The notes beneath the pieces were generated by a model. It did no database searches, was not told the DNA's origin, and saw only the letters and a program-made list of their open reading frames with translations. Positions 1 through 9,291 of a stretch of DNA of 64,000 nucleotides are shown here, in pieces (position 1 is the first letter of the stretch; every line of letters begins with the position of its first letter). The stretch spans positions 160,001 to 224,000 of the forward strand of contig JAHHIM010000036.1 in NCBI GenBank assembly GCA_019358915.1, given 5' to 3'. This stretch comes from Trichormus sp. ATA11-4-KO1 (lineage in GTDB: Bacteria > Cyanobacteriota > Cyanobacteriia > Cyanobacteriales > Nostocaceae). A program made the translations under genes and the position numbers.

Positions 1-2
1 AG

Positions 3-707
3 CAGTTATGTTTACTGGAAGGGACACACCTGTTGCAGGAAGCTTGTGCGGTGAATTACCCACTAGAAACGGTGTGTTGCACCCCAGCATGGCAAATAGC
101 CCACCCTTCACTCTGGGAAAAAGTTTGTAGCAGCTGTGAACGAGCAGAAGTTGTCAGTGAAGAAATTTTAGCGGCGATCGCTACTACAGTTCAACCAGAT
201 GGTGTAATCGCGACGGCAAAACGGGATCATCAAACTCAAGTGCCATTTAGTGGTTTAGTCCTGGCTTTGGAGACTATCCAAGATCCAGGTAACCTAGGAA
301 CAATGATTCGCACTGCGGCGGCGGCTGGCGCATCAGGGTTGTGGCTAAGTGGAGATAGTGTAGATTTAGATAACCCCAAAGTCTTACGTGCTTCGGCTGG
401 GCAATGGTTTCGCTTACCAATGGCGGTGACTGAAAATTTAAAAGCGACGGTGCAACAAAGTCAGCAAGCAGGAATGCAGGTAATAGCAACCTTACCAACA
501 GCAAATTTAACTTACTGGGATGTAGATTGGCGAAAACCCAGTTTAATTTTACTGGGCAATGAAGGTGCTGGTTTGTCGGCAAATTTAACCAGCATAGCAG
601 ACAAGCAAGTAAAAATACCCCTGAGTCCAGGAGTAGAGTCCTTGAATGTGGCGATCGCAGCTGCTTTAATGTTGTACGAAGCTCAACGGCAACTGAGAAA
701 GATGTGA
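3..707 (+). CDS. TrmH/SpoU family RNA 2'-O-methyltransferase (5' end lies outside the window)
   Basis: Motifs IQDPGNLGTMIRTA, LLGNEGAGL and ESLNVAIA. The frame is open to the window edge (QLCLLEGTHLL...). Confidence 0.92.
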   Translation, partial: QLCLLEGTHLLQEACAVNYPLETVCCTPAWQIAHPSLWEKVCSSCERAEVVSEEILAAIATTVQPDGVIATAKRDHQTQVPFSGLVLALETIQDPGNLGTMIRTAAAAGASGLWLSGDSVDLDNPKVLRASAGQWFRLPMAVTENLKATVQQSQQAGMQVIATLPTANLTYWDVDWRKPSLILLGNEGAGLSANLTSIADKQVKIPLSPGVESLNVAIAAALMLYEAQRQLRKM

Positions 708-720
708 AATCTCAGCACGT

Positions 721-957
721 TTATTTTGACCTTTTTTCCAAATATTCTTCAATATCAGCAACTGCATCTTCTAAAGCCGCTAAATCAACAGTTGTCAAAT
801 CTTCCACGAGTTCGACTTCGCTGGTACTACCATTATGGGATGTCGGCGTTGCTTCATTATCTGTCGAATCCTCTTGCAAGATATCCTCCAATTGTTCGAG
901 GGATTCTTGAAACTCTTGATCGGCGGCGCGGCGCTCTTGATGCTGATTTTGCTCCAT
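721..957 (-). CDS. Small acidic hypothetical protein
   Basis: 78-aa ORF with ATG start, convergent with trmH; acidic helical composition. Confidence 0.7.
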   Translation of the reverse strand: MEQNQHQERRAADQEFQESLEQLEDILQEDSTDNEATPTSHNGSTSEVELVEDLTTVDLAALEDAVADIEEYLEKRSK

Positions 958-1101
958 AATACTGAATGAAAGGTTACAGAGAAATAATATGTGTAATTAA
1001 TTCTGTTTAGCTATTTAGTTAGCCAAGAAATTTGTTTCTTAGCTCGATATTGGTTAGGTGTAAGATTTTCATTTAACTATTTTGCCGTCAGTCCCCTAGC
1101 A

Positions 1102-1137
1102 TAAGTACCAACGCATAAATATTTAGCCATTTTTCCA
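1102..1137. repeat. Dispersed repeat end (TAAGTACC.ACGCATAAATATTT.GCCATTTTTCCA), second copy near 6377-6411
   Basis: Near-identical ~35-bp intergenic strings seen at both positions. Confidence 0.6.
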
Positions 1138-1187
1138 CACGAATAAAATCCCTCTATTCCCATACGTCCCCTATCACCTATTACCTG

Positions 1188-1607
1188 TCACCTTGGTGTG
1201 TTTATCAGCCGATCCCGAATTGCTATTAGTTGCTCTTGGGTACTAATTGGGTATCGTGGCGCTGGTAGTTCGGTATTAGGCCAGTCGGGTAAATTATTAC
1301 AAGGACACAACAAGGCTGGCATTCCCAAGCTGCGAACAGGTACTGGCATCTCACAACGACCGCAAGGCGACATTTCCCAAGCGGGCGTTAGCAATTCGCT
1401 AATGGTTTCGTAAGTACCCTCCAGGTAACAATCACCTGTAGTTTGCGAGATAATTTTTTGCCAACACTCTTCAAATTCTTCGCTATAGCGATCGCCTTTT
1501 AGCACTGGTTGGGGCAAAAAGCTTGCTTGACCATTGCTCGTTACTACTTTCTTACCTAACTGAAACCAGTAGGCAAGATATCGTCTAACTTCTTGTTTAG
1601 TTGCCAT
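1188..1607 (-). CDS. Conserved cyanobacterial hypothetical protein with CxxC...CxC (possible Zn binding)
   Basis: 139-aa ORF starting MAT..VRRYLAYWFQLGK; contains CGRC and CPC. Confidence 0.8.
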   Translation of the reverse strand: MATKQEVRRYLAYWFQLGKKVVTSNGQASFLPQPVLKGDRYSEEFEECWQKIISQTTGDCYLEGTYETISELLTPAWEMSPCGRCEMPVPVRSLGMPALLCPCNNLPDWPNTELPAPRYPISTQEQLIAIRDRLINTPR

Positions 1608-1663
1608 TTCATCATCTTAAATTTTCGATGGGCAATTATTAAGGTTGAATGTTTAATTTTAAA

Positions 1664-2263
1664 TTAAGATTTTGGTACTGGTAATGGTGTACCCAGAACG
1701 CTGAGATTGAGCACATGACCACCAGTAACTAAATAAACAGCTTCGCAAATTGTACTTAACTGGCGTACTAAAGAACCCAAGCGATCGCGGAACTGGCGAC
1801 CAAGAGGATAAGCTGGAATCACGCCCCAACCTACCTCTTCCGCGACAAAAAGCATATCAGCAGCCACCAGTTCTACTGTTTCTAATAACTCTGCCAAGGT
1901 ATTTTCCCAGGTAACCTCATCTTGTGCCAAAAGATTAGCTACCCAAGTCCCTAAAGAATCTATTAACAGGCAGGTATCTGGCTTGGCATCAGCAAGGGTG
2001 GCAGATAATTCCACAGGTACTAAAAGCGTCACCCACTCCGGGGGACGGCGTTCTTGATGTGCTTGGATGCGTTTGTGCCACTCTTCATCGGCTGGGTTTT
2101 CAGTGGCTGTTGCTACATAAATAACAGCTTTTTCTGACTGCATTGCTAGCATTTCTGCCCATTCACTTTTACCAGATTTGGCTGGACCTGTGACTAAGAT
2201 GACTTTACCCAAAGCTATTTCCTTTAGTATATTTAATGAATAATTGAGATCGTTAATTGCCAA
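1664..2263 (-). CDS. cobU: Bifunctional adenosylcobinamide kinase/adenosylcobinamide-phosphate guanylyltransferase (true start probably near 2212)
   Basis: P-loop GPAKSGKS, RI..HQ.RRP, EEVGWG and FRD.LG motifs. Confidence 0.92.
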   Translation of the reverse strand: MAINDLNYSLNILKEIALGKVILVTGPAKSGKSEWAEMLAMQSEKAVIYVATATENPADEEWHKRIQAHQERRPPEWVTLLVPVELSATLADAKPDTCLLIDSLGTWVANLLAQDEVTWENTLAELLETVELVAADMLFVAEEVGWGVIPAYPLGRQFRDRLGSLVRQLSTICEAVYLVTGGHVLNLSVLGTPLPVPKS

Positions 2264-2394
2264 TAAATTTTATATAGCTAACAATTGGCACCAGCATTAT
2301 TATCTGTGCCAAAATTGGCAAAAGCGATAAATCCCAACGACCCAGTGCTGAATTATTCAATACCACTGGGGACAGCAAATTTCAGGTTATTTAT

Positions 2395-3180
2395 ATGAAA
2401 GCAGGTTTAAAGCGTATTGAGGCAACTCTACATGATTTGGGAAATCGGGGCACCGCCTCCACCGAAGCGGGTGATTCTACAAAGCAGTCTTTCTCCTTTA
2501 GAATTAGCGTTGGCGCAACGGAATCTACAACAGGTGCAGATACTTCATCTACCGACCTAAGCACAGAATCCCAAAGTGATTATACTGCCGAGCAAAACTT
2601 ATTTCCCCAGCATAACTCTGTGCAAACCTTTCCCGCACAAGAAATTGGTAGCAAAACACCGAGCTTACCCAAGTTTAAAAATCCTAGCTTCAGTAGCCAT
2701 CGCCACGGAGCTAATCCAGCATTAGCAATGAATATATTGCAAGAAATTCAAGAACATGTCGCCGGTTGGCAGACAGAACTACAAACAATCTTGCAGCAAA
2801 TTCAAGATATTTACTTAGAAGGCCCTATTGTCAATGGCTGGTTAGAATCCAACCCCAAGGAAGCAGAACAGGGAGGAACTGCCACGCTGCGCCATGCAGA
2901 AGTTGACCGCTTGATGGATTATGTAGAAGAAATTTGCACAACTAGTGGAAAAGTATCTTATCAATCCGCCCGTACTGGTTATCGCCTCTGTGGTTTGGAT
3001 GCTGCTGGTAAAGTCTGGTCACGTCCATGTCCCCCAGACCAATTACCTATTGTGAGTATGGCCATTGCTCGTCATCAAAAGTTACGCCAACTCTTGGGAC
3101 GCAAGCAATATCTAGAAACTCGCCTGAGTCAATTGGCTGAAACTCTGGTAGTTTTACACAGTAATATCCAACAAGTTTAA
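2395..3180 (+). CDS. Conserved hypothetical protein
   Basis: 261-aa ORF with a low-complexity N-terminus and coiled-coil-like C-terminus (IYLEGPIVNGWLES). Confidence 0.8.
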   Translation: MKAGLKRIEATLHDLGNRGTASTEAGDSTKQSFSFRISVGATESTTGADTSSTDLSTESQSDYTAEQNLFPQHNSVQTFPAQEIGSKTPSLPKFKNPSFSSHRHGANPALAMNILQEIQEHVAGWQTELQTILQQIQDIYLEGPIVNGWLESNPKEAEQGGTATLRHAEVDRLMDYVEEICTTSGKVSYQSARTGYRLCGLDAAGKVWSRPCPPDQLPIVSMAIARHQKLRQLLGRKQYLETRLSQLAETLVVLHSNIQQV

Positions 3181-3191
3181 CTAATTCGTAA

Positions 3192-3323
3192 TAGTGGACT
3201 GACAAACCTAAAATGGTTCATGATGATTTTTGTGGAACAGGCATCTTGCCTGTTCTGGGCGGGCAAGATCCCCACCCTACAATCATTATTTTTTTGCAAC
3301 ATTTTAGCTTGGCCACATCAATA
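3192..3323. mobile_element. Degenerate MITE-like element with internal REP-like hairpin
   Basis: Imperfect terminal inverted repeats (CAAACCTAAAATG / CATTTTAGCTTGG) around GGCATCTTGCCTG...GGGCAAGATCCC. Confidence 0.5.
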
Positions 3324-3461
3324 GAGTCTCCGAGAACATAATAGTTTAGATTTCATTTCCTACGTTGATGGATAACTTTGTGACAGTCTGGCTATTAAAA
3401 TCCCTCTGAAACTGTCCTGAATGTAGAAAACTGACAACTCACAAAATTTAAAATCGATTTT

Positions 3462-4460
3462 ATGCCAGATACCCAAATCTCTGCCATTATCTGCACTCAT
3501 AATCGAGATACCTATTTAGGTGCTGCGATTGATAGTTTATTGGCACAGGATTTCGTCGCTGACTTTGAAGTTGTGGTAGTGGATAATGGGTCTTGCGATC
3601 GCACCCGTGAAGTTGTAGAACAAAGACTCGGCAATTCCCGTGTTAAGTATGTCTTTGAACCCATTATTGGTTTATCTGTGGCGCGCAATACCGGGGCAAA
3701 AATTGCTAGTGCGGAAATTTTAGCTTATTTAGATGATGATGCCGTTGCTAGTGTTTCCTGGTTGCAAGTATTGTATGCTGCCTATCAAAATAACTCGAAA
3801 CTGGCGATCGCAGGTGGCAAAGTAACTCTCTTATGGCCTCCAGAAATCCAACCGCCACAGTGGTTATCTTCTGGGTTAGCTGGCAATTTAGGTGCATACG
3901 ACTTGGGCGATAACATGATCTATATTGAACAGCCAGGGTTAACACCTAGAGGGTTGAATTATTCTATCCGCCGCAGCTTCCTGGAAGAAATTGGTGGTTT
4001 TGACCCTCAACTCGGTCGAGTAGGGAAAAACTTACTATCTAATGAAGAACTGCAAATGACAGAATTTGCCCTACAACGTGGTTGGCAAGTTGCATACCTC
4101 CCTGATGCTTTGGTTGCTCATAATGTCGCTCCAGAGCGGATTAAACGCTCCTGGTTTTTAAATCGAGGCTGGTGGCAGGGGATCAGCGAGTGCTATCAAG
4201 AGCAACTTGCTGGTAAAGCCGATATTGGACAGTTACAACGGGGTAGTGAACGATTTTTGCGGGGTTTATATAAGGCATTACAATATTTTTCTCATCCAGC
4301 AGAACGCTTTGATAATCTTGTGTACGCATATGGTCAAATAGGTTATTTGAATGCTGCTATTCAAGGTCTACTATCCACCAATAAGAAAGAATGGGGGACA
4401 AGGGGACAAGGGGACAATGAATCAATTCAAAATTCAAAATTCAAAATTCAAAATAAATAA
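3462..4460 (+). CDS. Glycosyltransferase family 2 (candidate hormogonium/exopolysaccharide biosynthesis)
   Basis: IICTHNR, VVDNGS, YLDDD and GGFD motifs. The C-terminal tail is encoded by simple repeats. Confidence 0.9.
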   Translation: MPDTQISAIICTHNRDTYLGAAIDSLLAQDFVADFEVVVVDNGSCDRTREVVEQRLGNSRVKYVFEPIIGLSVARNTGAKIASAEILAYLDDDAVASVSWLQVLYAAYQNNSKLAIAGGKVTLLWPPEIQPPQWLSSGLAGNLGAYDLGDNMIYIEQPGLTPRGLNYSIRRSFLEEIGGFDPQLGRVGKNLLSNEELQMTEFALQRGWQVAYLPDALVAHNVAPERIKRSWFLNRGWWQGISECYQEQLAGKADIGQLQRGSERFLRGLYKALQYFSHPAERFDNLVYAYGQIGYLNAAIQGLLSTNKKEWGTRGQGDNESIQNSKFKIQNK

Positions 4461-4530
4461 ATATCTGTTACTTCCTCAATGCCCAATGCCCAATGCCCAA
4501 TGCCCAATGCCCAATAACTAATAACTAATG
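4392..4530. repeat. STRR-type short tandem repeats (GGGGACAA)n, (AATTCAA)n, (CAATGCC)n, (TAAC/TGAC-TAA)n
   Basis: Directly visible tandem 7-8-mers. Confidence 0.85.
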
Positions 4531-5091
4531 ACTAATGATGAATCTTTTGTAGATTTACGCAAATATGATCAATCCTGGTTTGATCGGGGGCGTTCTGGTT
4601 GGTATATTTTATTATGGTGGTTTGTACAAGCGATCGCCTTTCCCCTGACACCTCATCCTTTCAATAGTGTGCGTTGTAGTCTGCTACGACTATTTGGCGC
4701 GAAAATTGGCAAAGGTGTATTAATTCGACCTACTGCCCGCTTTACTTACCCCTGGAAAGTAACTATTGGTGACTACAGCTGGATTGGCGATGATGTAGTT
4801 TTATATAGTTTGGATGAAATTCGCATTGGTGAACACTGCGTCATATCCCAAAAAAGTTATTTATGTACTGGTAGTCATGATATCCGAGACCCTGCTTTTG
4901 GGTTGAAAACAGCGAGTATCACTATTGGTAATGGCGCATGGATAACAGCAGATTGTTTTGTGGGGCCAGGAGTGGAGATTGGTGCTAATGCTGTAATTGG
5001 CGCTCGTAGTAGTGTTTTTACTGATATGCCTGCTGGACAGGTGTGTTGGGGTAATCCTTGTCGTCCAAAGTATCTCAGGCAGGGTAAGTAG
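4528..5091 (+). CDS. hpsU: WcaF-like hexapeptide-repeat acetyltransferase (hormogonium polysaccharide acetyltransferase HpsU-like)
   Basis: LLRLFGAKIG, YPW, IGDYSWIGD, SQKSYLCTGSHD and GNP motifs; adjacent to a GT2 gene. Confidence 0.8.
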   Translation: MTNDESFVDLRKYDQSWFDRGRSGWYILLWWFVQAIAFPLTPHPFNSVRCSLLRLFGAKIGKGVLIRPTARFTYPWKVTIGDYSWIGDDVVLYSLDEIRIGEHCVISQKSYLCTGSHDIRDPAFGLKTASITIGNGAWITADCFVGPGVEIGANAVIGARSSVFTDMPAGQVCWGNPCRPKYLRQGK

Positions 5092-5147
5092 CTAATATCT
5101 TAGCTCGACTTTATTTATTTTCCGGTGTTCCCCAAGTTTTATTCCCT

Positions 5148-6251
5148 TTAACAAACTGTTTCTCGGATTGATTCGGCATTAATGGGTTTGATCAGGTAAA
5201 GTCGCAACATATGGGAAATTATGGAGAAAACGGGAAGTATTCTTTGAAAGAACTTGACAATCTTTGGATGATTACTCTGTTTAATCTTTGTCAATTTCTC
5301 AGTGTTGATGAAACACTGTTCTAATCGCCAGAAAAAGGCTGGGTGGTTAGTATCCAAGATAAGGGGAAATGCCCGTGCAGAGGTTTTATTTGTCTCTTGA
5401 ATTACTCTGTTATTGTATTTGCGCGGGTGTATGCCAATGGCTTCATAAAATGTTGCGCGTTCAAATACTGTGATTGTATGGGTAACAAATACCGTTAGTA
5501 AAAAGAAACGCACCCATAACCTAGCTCTCCAATTGTTCCACAACTGAGGCAGCGTAGACGCGGAGCGGCTTGTCGGCAGACATCGCAGTAGTGCTTTGAA
5601 GAAATCTCCATGCCGATTTTCGTCCTGACACCAACTCTCAAATTTGCGGAAGAGCGGATAAAACTGGTATTCGGGATTTTCCTGCATGTGGCGATGCACT
5701 AAAATATAGCGCCAGTAACCAATTTTTTCCGATAGGTAAACTGTATAAATTACCCACTCAGGGGGGAAAAAGGTATATGTGCGATGTTTGGTTAAATAGC
5801 TTAAGTCTAGAGAAAGATTAAAGTCTGCCATCGATTTATTGAGAAATCCTGCGTGGCGTGCCTCATCCCGCGCCATATAATTAAAGGCATCTGCCAACAG
5901 GGGATTTCGGTCTTTGAGTCGGCGTGATAGTTCTTTGAACAACAAAAACCCAGAAAATTCTGAGGTGCAAGAACGTTCTAAAAAATCAATAAAAGCACAG
6001 CGTTTTTCTCCATCAACGTGATCCCATGATTGCTTAAATTCTTCATCGCGCACGAAGTGATGGCGGTTATAGTCAGCGCGTAACTCTTCGACAACCGCCT
6101 GCAACTCAGTTTCATGCGCCGAAATATCTAAATTTGCCACCGCATCAAAGTCAGTGGTATAGAAGCGGGGTGTTAATAATGTTTCCTGAACAGGCGCTTT
6201 AATACCTGGTTTCAGCAACTGAGGCTCTGGGGTTTCGAGAGACTTAACCAT
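5148..6251 (-). CDS. acsF: Mg-protoporphyrin IX monomethyl ester oxidative cyclase (probably the low-oxygen paralogue), with a 9-aa in-frame insertion
   Basis: LLTPRFYTTDF, ERSCTSEFSGFLL, DEARHAG and WCQDENRHGD di-iron motifs; next to hemN and a heme oxygenase remnant. Confidence 0.95.
   Translation of the reverse strand: MVKSLETPEPQLLKPGIKAPVQETLLTPRFYTTDFDAVANLDISAHETELQAVVEELRADYNRHHFVRDEEFKQSWDHVDGEKRCAFIDFLERSCTSEFSGFLLFKELSRRLKDRNPLLADAFNYMARDEARHAGFLNKSMADFNLSLDLSYLTKHRTYTFFPPEWVIYTVYLSEKIGYWRYILVHRHMQENPEYQFYPLFRKFESWCQDENRHGDFFKALLRCLPTSRSASTLPQLWNNWRARLWVRFFLLTVFVTHTITVFERATFYEAIGIHPRKYNNRVIQETNKTSARAFPLILDTNHPAFFWRLEQCFINTEKLTKIKQSNHPKIVKFFQRILPVFSIISHMLRLYLIKPINAESIRETVC
5555..5581. 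mobile_element. 27-bp SDR5-like micro-insertion inside a HIP1 site in acsF
   Basis: GCG[TAGACGCGGAGCGGCTTGTCGGCAGAC]ATCGC; removing it restores GCGATCGC and the peptide LLRSLPQ. Confidence 0.85.
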
Positions 6252-6704
6252 GAGACTGCTTTCATCGTTTTATCTTTTAATAGCTATATAAACATGAAAT
6301 GTTATGGCAGCACATCAGTTAAATTATTGAAAAGCTATTTTCGCTAGATAACCTGATCGTCTGGTTGAATCAGGGTTAAGTACCTACGCATAAATATTTG
6401 GCCATTTTTCCAACTATCAACTTTCCCCTGTGATTTGCCAGCATTTTCAGTGAAAACAGCAAAATATAAAGAAATATTAATAGCTTTATAGTTATACAAA
6501 TATTGATAGTTAAATAATTTTATGAGAGAAAAATAAAAATAGCTGGGATCTGTATTGGCAATGGTATTTGCTGGATAGATTGATGCAGATCCTCTCTAAA
6601 TCCAGAATAACAATCCTCTAGCTCGGAAATTCACTGTTATTGGCAGCCATCCTGAGTTGGTGACTGCCTAGAAACCTTGCGCTTGAACATGAAGGAAGCA
6701 ACAA

Positions 6705-6794
6705 ATGAGTAGCAATCTAGCCGTTAAACTGCGCTCTGGCATTCAAAAAGCTCATAATGTGGCAGAAAATGTGGGATTTATGACATGGGCATAA
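6705..6794 (+). pseudogene. ho: Heme oxygenase N-terminal remnant (29 aa)
   Basis: MSSNLAVKLRSGIQKAHNVAENVGFM matches the cyanobacterial HO N-terminus, then an early stop. Preceded by GAAGGAAG and directly upstream of hemN. Confidence 0.85.
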
Positions 6795-6853
6795 AACATT
6801 AGTTACGTCTCCATTCCCTCATCCCCTTTTCCCACATTCACTCGGAGGTTTTA

Positions 6854-8236
6854 ATGGTTTTTGTTCTGCCTAGCGTCAAATTTGATCTGGATATGATCAA
6901 AAAGTATGATACTCCTGCACCTAGATACACAAGTTACCCACCCGCTACAGAGTTAACTACAGAATTCACCCCAACTGATTTTCAAGCCGCGATCGCCGCC
7001 TCAAACCACAGAAAATCGCCCCTATCTTTGTATTTCCATATACCCTTTTGTCAGAGTGCCTGCTACTTCTGCGGCTGTAATACAGTAATTTCTAATAATA
7101 AAGAGATTGCCAAACCTTATTTGGAGCATTTGGTTCGCGAAATCAAGAACATGGCAGCTTTGATCAATCCAGAGAGAAAAGTGCTGCAAATTCATTGGGG
7201 TGGTGGTACACCCAACTACTTAGATCACAATCAAGTAAAATTTTTGTGGAAACACATCACCCAATATTTCACCATCGATCCACAAGCTGAAATCTCCATT
7301 GAAATTAATCCCCGCTACGTTGATCAAGACTATATTTTTTTTCTGAGAGAAATTGGTTTTAACCGCATTAGTTTTGGTATCCAGGATTTTAATCGCCAAG
7401 TGCAAGTGGCTGTGAATCGTGTTCAGCCAGAAGAGATGCTGTTTGATGTCATGAGTTGGATCAAAGCAGCCAAGTTTGAAAGTGTGAATGTAGACCTAAT
7501 TTATGGTTTACCTCATCAAACCCTGCAAACATTTCGAGATACACTGCATAAGACGATGGCATTAGACCCTGATCGAATTGTGGTTTTTAACTTTGCCTAT
7601 GTACCGTGGATGAAGCCAGCACAAAAAAATATTCCGCAAGAAGCATTGCCTAAACCGCAGGAAAAGTTGGAAATTTTAAGAATGACTATTGAGGAACTGA
7701 CAAATAATAAGTATATATTCATTGGCATGGATCATTTCGCCAAATACAACGACGAACTAACGATCGCCCAACGAGGTCACACCCTCCAGCGCAACTTCCA
7801 AGGTTACACCACCCACGCGGAAACAGAATTATTGGGCTTTGGTGCTACATCCATCAGTATGCTAAATGATGCTTATGTCCAAAACCACAAGCAGTTAAGG
7901 GATTATTATCAGGCGATCGCCAAAGATAATTTACCGATTAGTAAAGGCATCAAACTTACTCAAGATGACATGATTAGACGAGATGTAATTATGTCGATCA
8001 TGTCTCACTTTCATCTCAATAAGCGAGATATTGAAAAGAAATATCACATCAGTTTCGATCAATATTTTTCCCCTGAATTAAAAGCATTAGAGCCATTAGA
8101 AGCTGACGGATTACTGAGGATATCAACCAACCACATCCAGATCACAGATATCGGTAGGTTACTAGTCAGAAATATTGCTGTAAAATTTGATACTCACAAT
8201 CAGTTCCCAGATAAACAGTTTTCACGTGCAATTTAA
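6854..8236 (+). CDS. hemN: Oxygen-independent coproporphyrinogen III oxidase (radical SAM)
   Basis: PRYTSYPPA, HIPFCQSACYFCGC (CxxxCxxC), GGGTP and RNFQGY motifs. Confidence 0.97.
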   Translation: MVFVLPSVKFDLDMIKKYDTPAPRYTSYPPATELTTEFTPTDFQAAIAASNHRKSPLSLYFHIPFCQSACYFCGCNTVISNNKEIAKPYLEHLVREIKNMAALINPERKVLQIHWGGGTPNYLDHNQVKFLWKHITQYFTIDPQAEISIEINPRYVDQDYIFFLREIGFNRISFGIQDFNRQVQVAVNRVQPEEMLFDVMSWIKAAKFESVNVDLIYGLPHQTLQTFRDTLHKTMALDPDRIVVFNFAYVPWMKPAQKNIPQEALPKPQEKLEILRMTIEELTNNKYIFIGMDHFAKYNDELTIAQRGHTLQRNFQGYTTHAETELLGFGATSISMLNDAYVQNHKQLRDYYQAIAKDNLPISKGIKLTQDDMIRRDVIMSIMSHFHLNKRDIEKKYHISFDQYFSPELKALEPLEADGLLRISTNHIQITDIGRLLVRNIAVKFDTHNQFPDKQFSRAI

Positions 8237-8444
8237 GCTAAGAATGGCAATTAAGACTTGCCAAATATGATTGTCTTAAAAAAGTTGGTAATTGGTAATT
8301 ATGGCAAAGTCCAATCATCACCAATTACCCTAAGAAAAGCATCAAAATTATTTAATTTACTCAGGAAGCATCCCCATTTTTGCAAAAACGAAACACAAAG
8401 CTGAAGAAGAAAGAAGACTTGTTCCTTCTTTCTTCTTGCTAAAC

Positions 8445-8556
8445 AGGTTTAAATCCCCCACCAAATCATAGATGTGGTGAACTGCAATTGGTGGTGGGTT
8501 TAAATCCCCACCAATTTTCCTTCTGACTTCTGACTCCAACAGGACTTCCTTATTTA
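8445..8556. repeat. Intergenic repeat: direct repeats GGTTTAAATCCCC(C)ACCAA plus a block shared with ~21670-21713
   Basis: Visible duplication; TTTTCCTTCTGAC..TCCAACAG.ACTTCCTT.TTTAA occurs at both loci. Confidence 0.6.
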
Positions 8557-8749
8557 AACAATTGATTTTAGCTAATACCTAAGCTTATTTTGTTTAATTA
8601 AAAAAATATAAAATATTCTAGTGAATTCAAACAACTAACACCCAATTTTTTTATCTATCTTTTGGATTTAATATCTCCCTCGGCTGGTAGAAACGATTAT
8701 GAAGAATGGTTGATAACCTGAATACAGTTGAATTTTTTGAGGAGGTATT

Positions 8750-9022
8750 ATGAACCTTATTGCTTGGGCCATTTTAGGATTATTAGCTGGTGCGATCGGT
8801 AAAGCAATTTATCCCGGTTCTCAAGATGGCGGAATTCTTTCAACCATGATTTTGGGTATTATCGGTGCATTTGTCGGAGGTAGTTTATTTACATTACTGC
8901 AAACCGGGTCACTACAACTTACTGCCGCTAGTTTAAGTATTCCAGGTCTTTTTGTCGCAGTTATTGGTTCCATCATTGCTATTTACCTGTGGGGCTTGTT
9001 GACCAGAAGTCGTAGCGCCTAA
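8750..9022 (+). CDS. GlsB/YeaQ/YmgE family stress-response membrane protein
   Basis: LIAWAILGLLAGAIGK...LGIIGAFVGG, hydrophobic; strong SD GAGGAGG. Confidence 0.9.
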   Translation: MNLIAWAILGLLAGAIGKAIYPGSQDGGILSTMILGIIGAFVGGSLFTLLQTGSLQLTAASLSIPGLFVAVIGSIIAIYLWGLLTRSRSA

Positions 9023-9153
9023 TTTAAATTAGCACCTAGCGAGCGTGAGATGAGAAACGTGCCTGCTAAATCTTCTCACACACTAATCTTACAAGCTTCG
9101 GGAATTGCGACGTTCTCCCCCGCTAGATGTTAATCTGTTTAAACTAACGCATC

Positions 9154-9183
9154 GATACTACTTTAAGTATTTTAAGTAGTATC
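9154..9183. promoter_or_regulatory. Perfect 10-bp inverted repeat upstream of katB (candidate operator or hairpin)
   Basis: GATACTACTT-N10-AAGTAGTATC. Confidence 0.4.
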
Positions 9184-9291
9184 TCAAGCGCATTCTTAGT
9201 TTGTCGAACTGAAGAGAAGAACTTAAAAAATGTCAAACTAATTGCCATAAAGACAATTAATTTGCATTGAGAACATTTTTAGGAATTTTGT

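Noticed and set aside
9029..9133. yybP-ykoY manganese riboswitch upstream of the Mn catalase gene
   Set aside because: The conserved loop motifs were not seen; kept only as a generic structure candidate.
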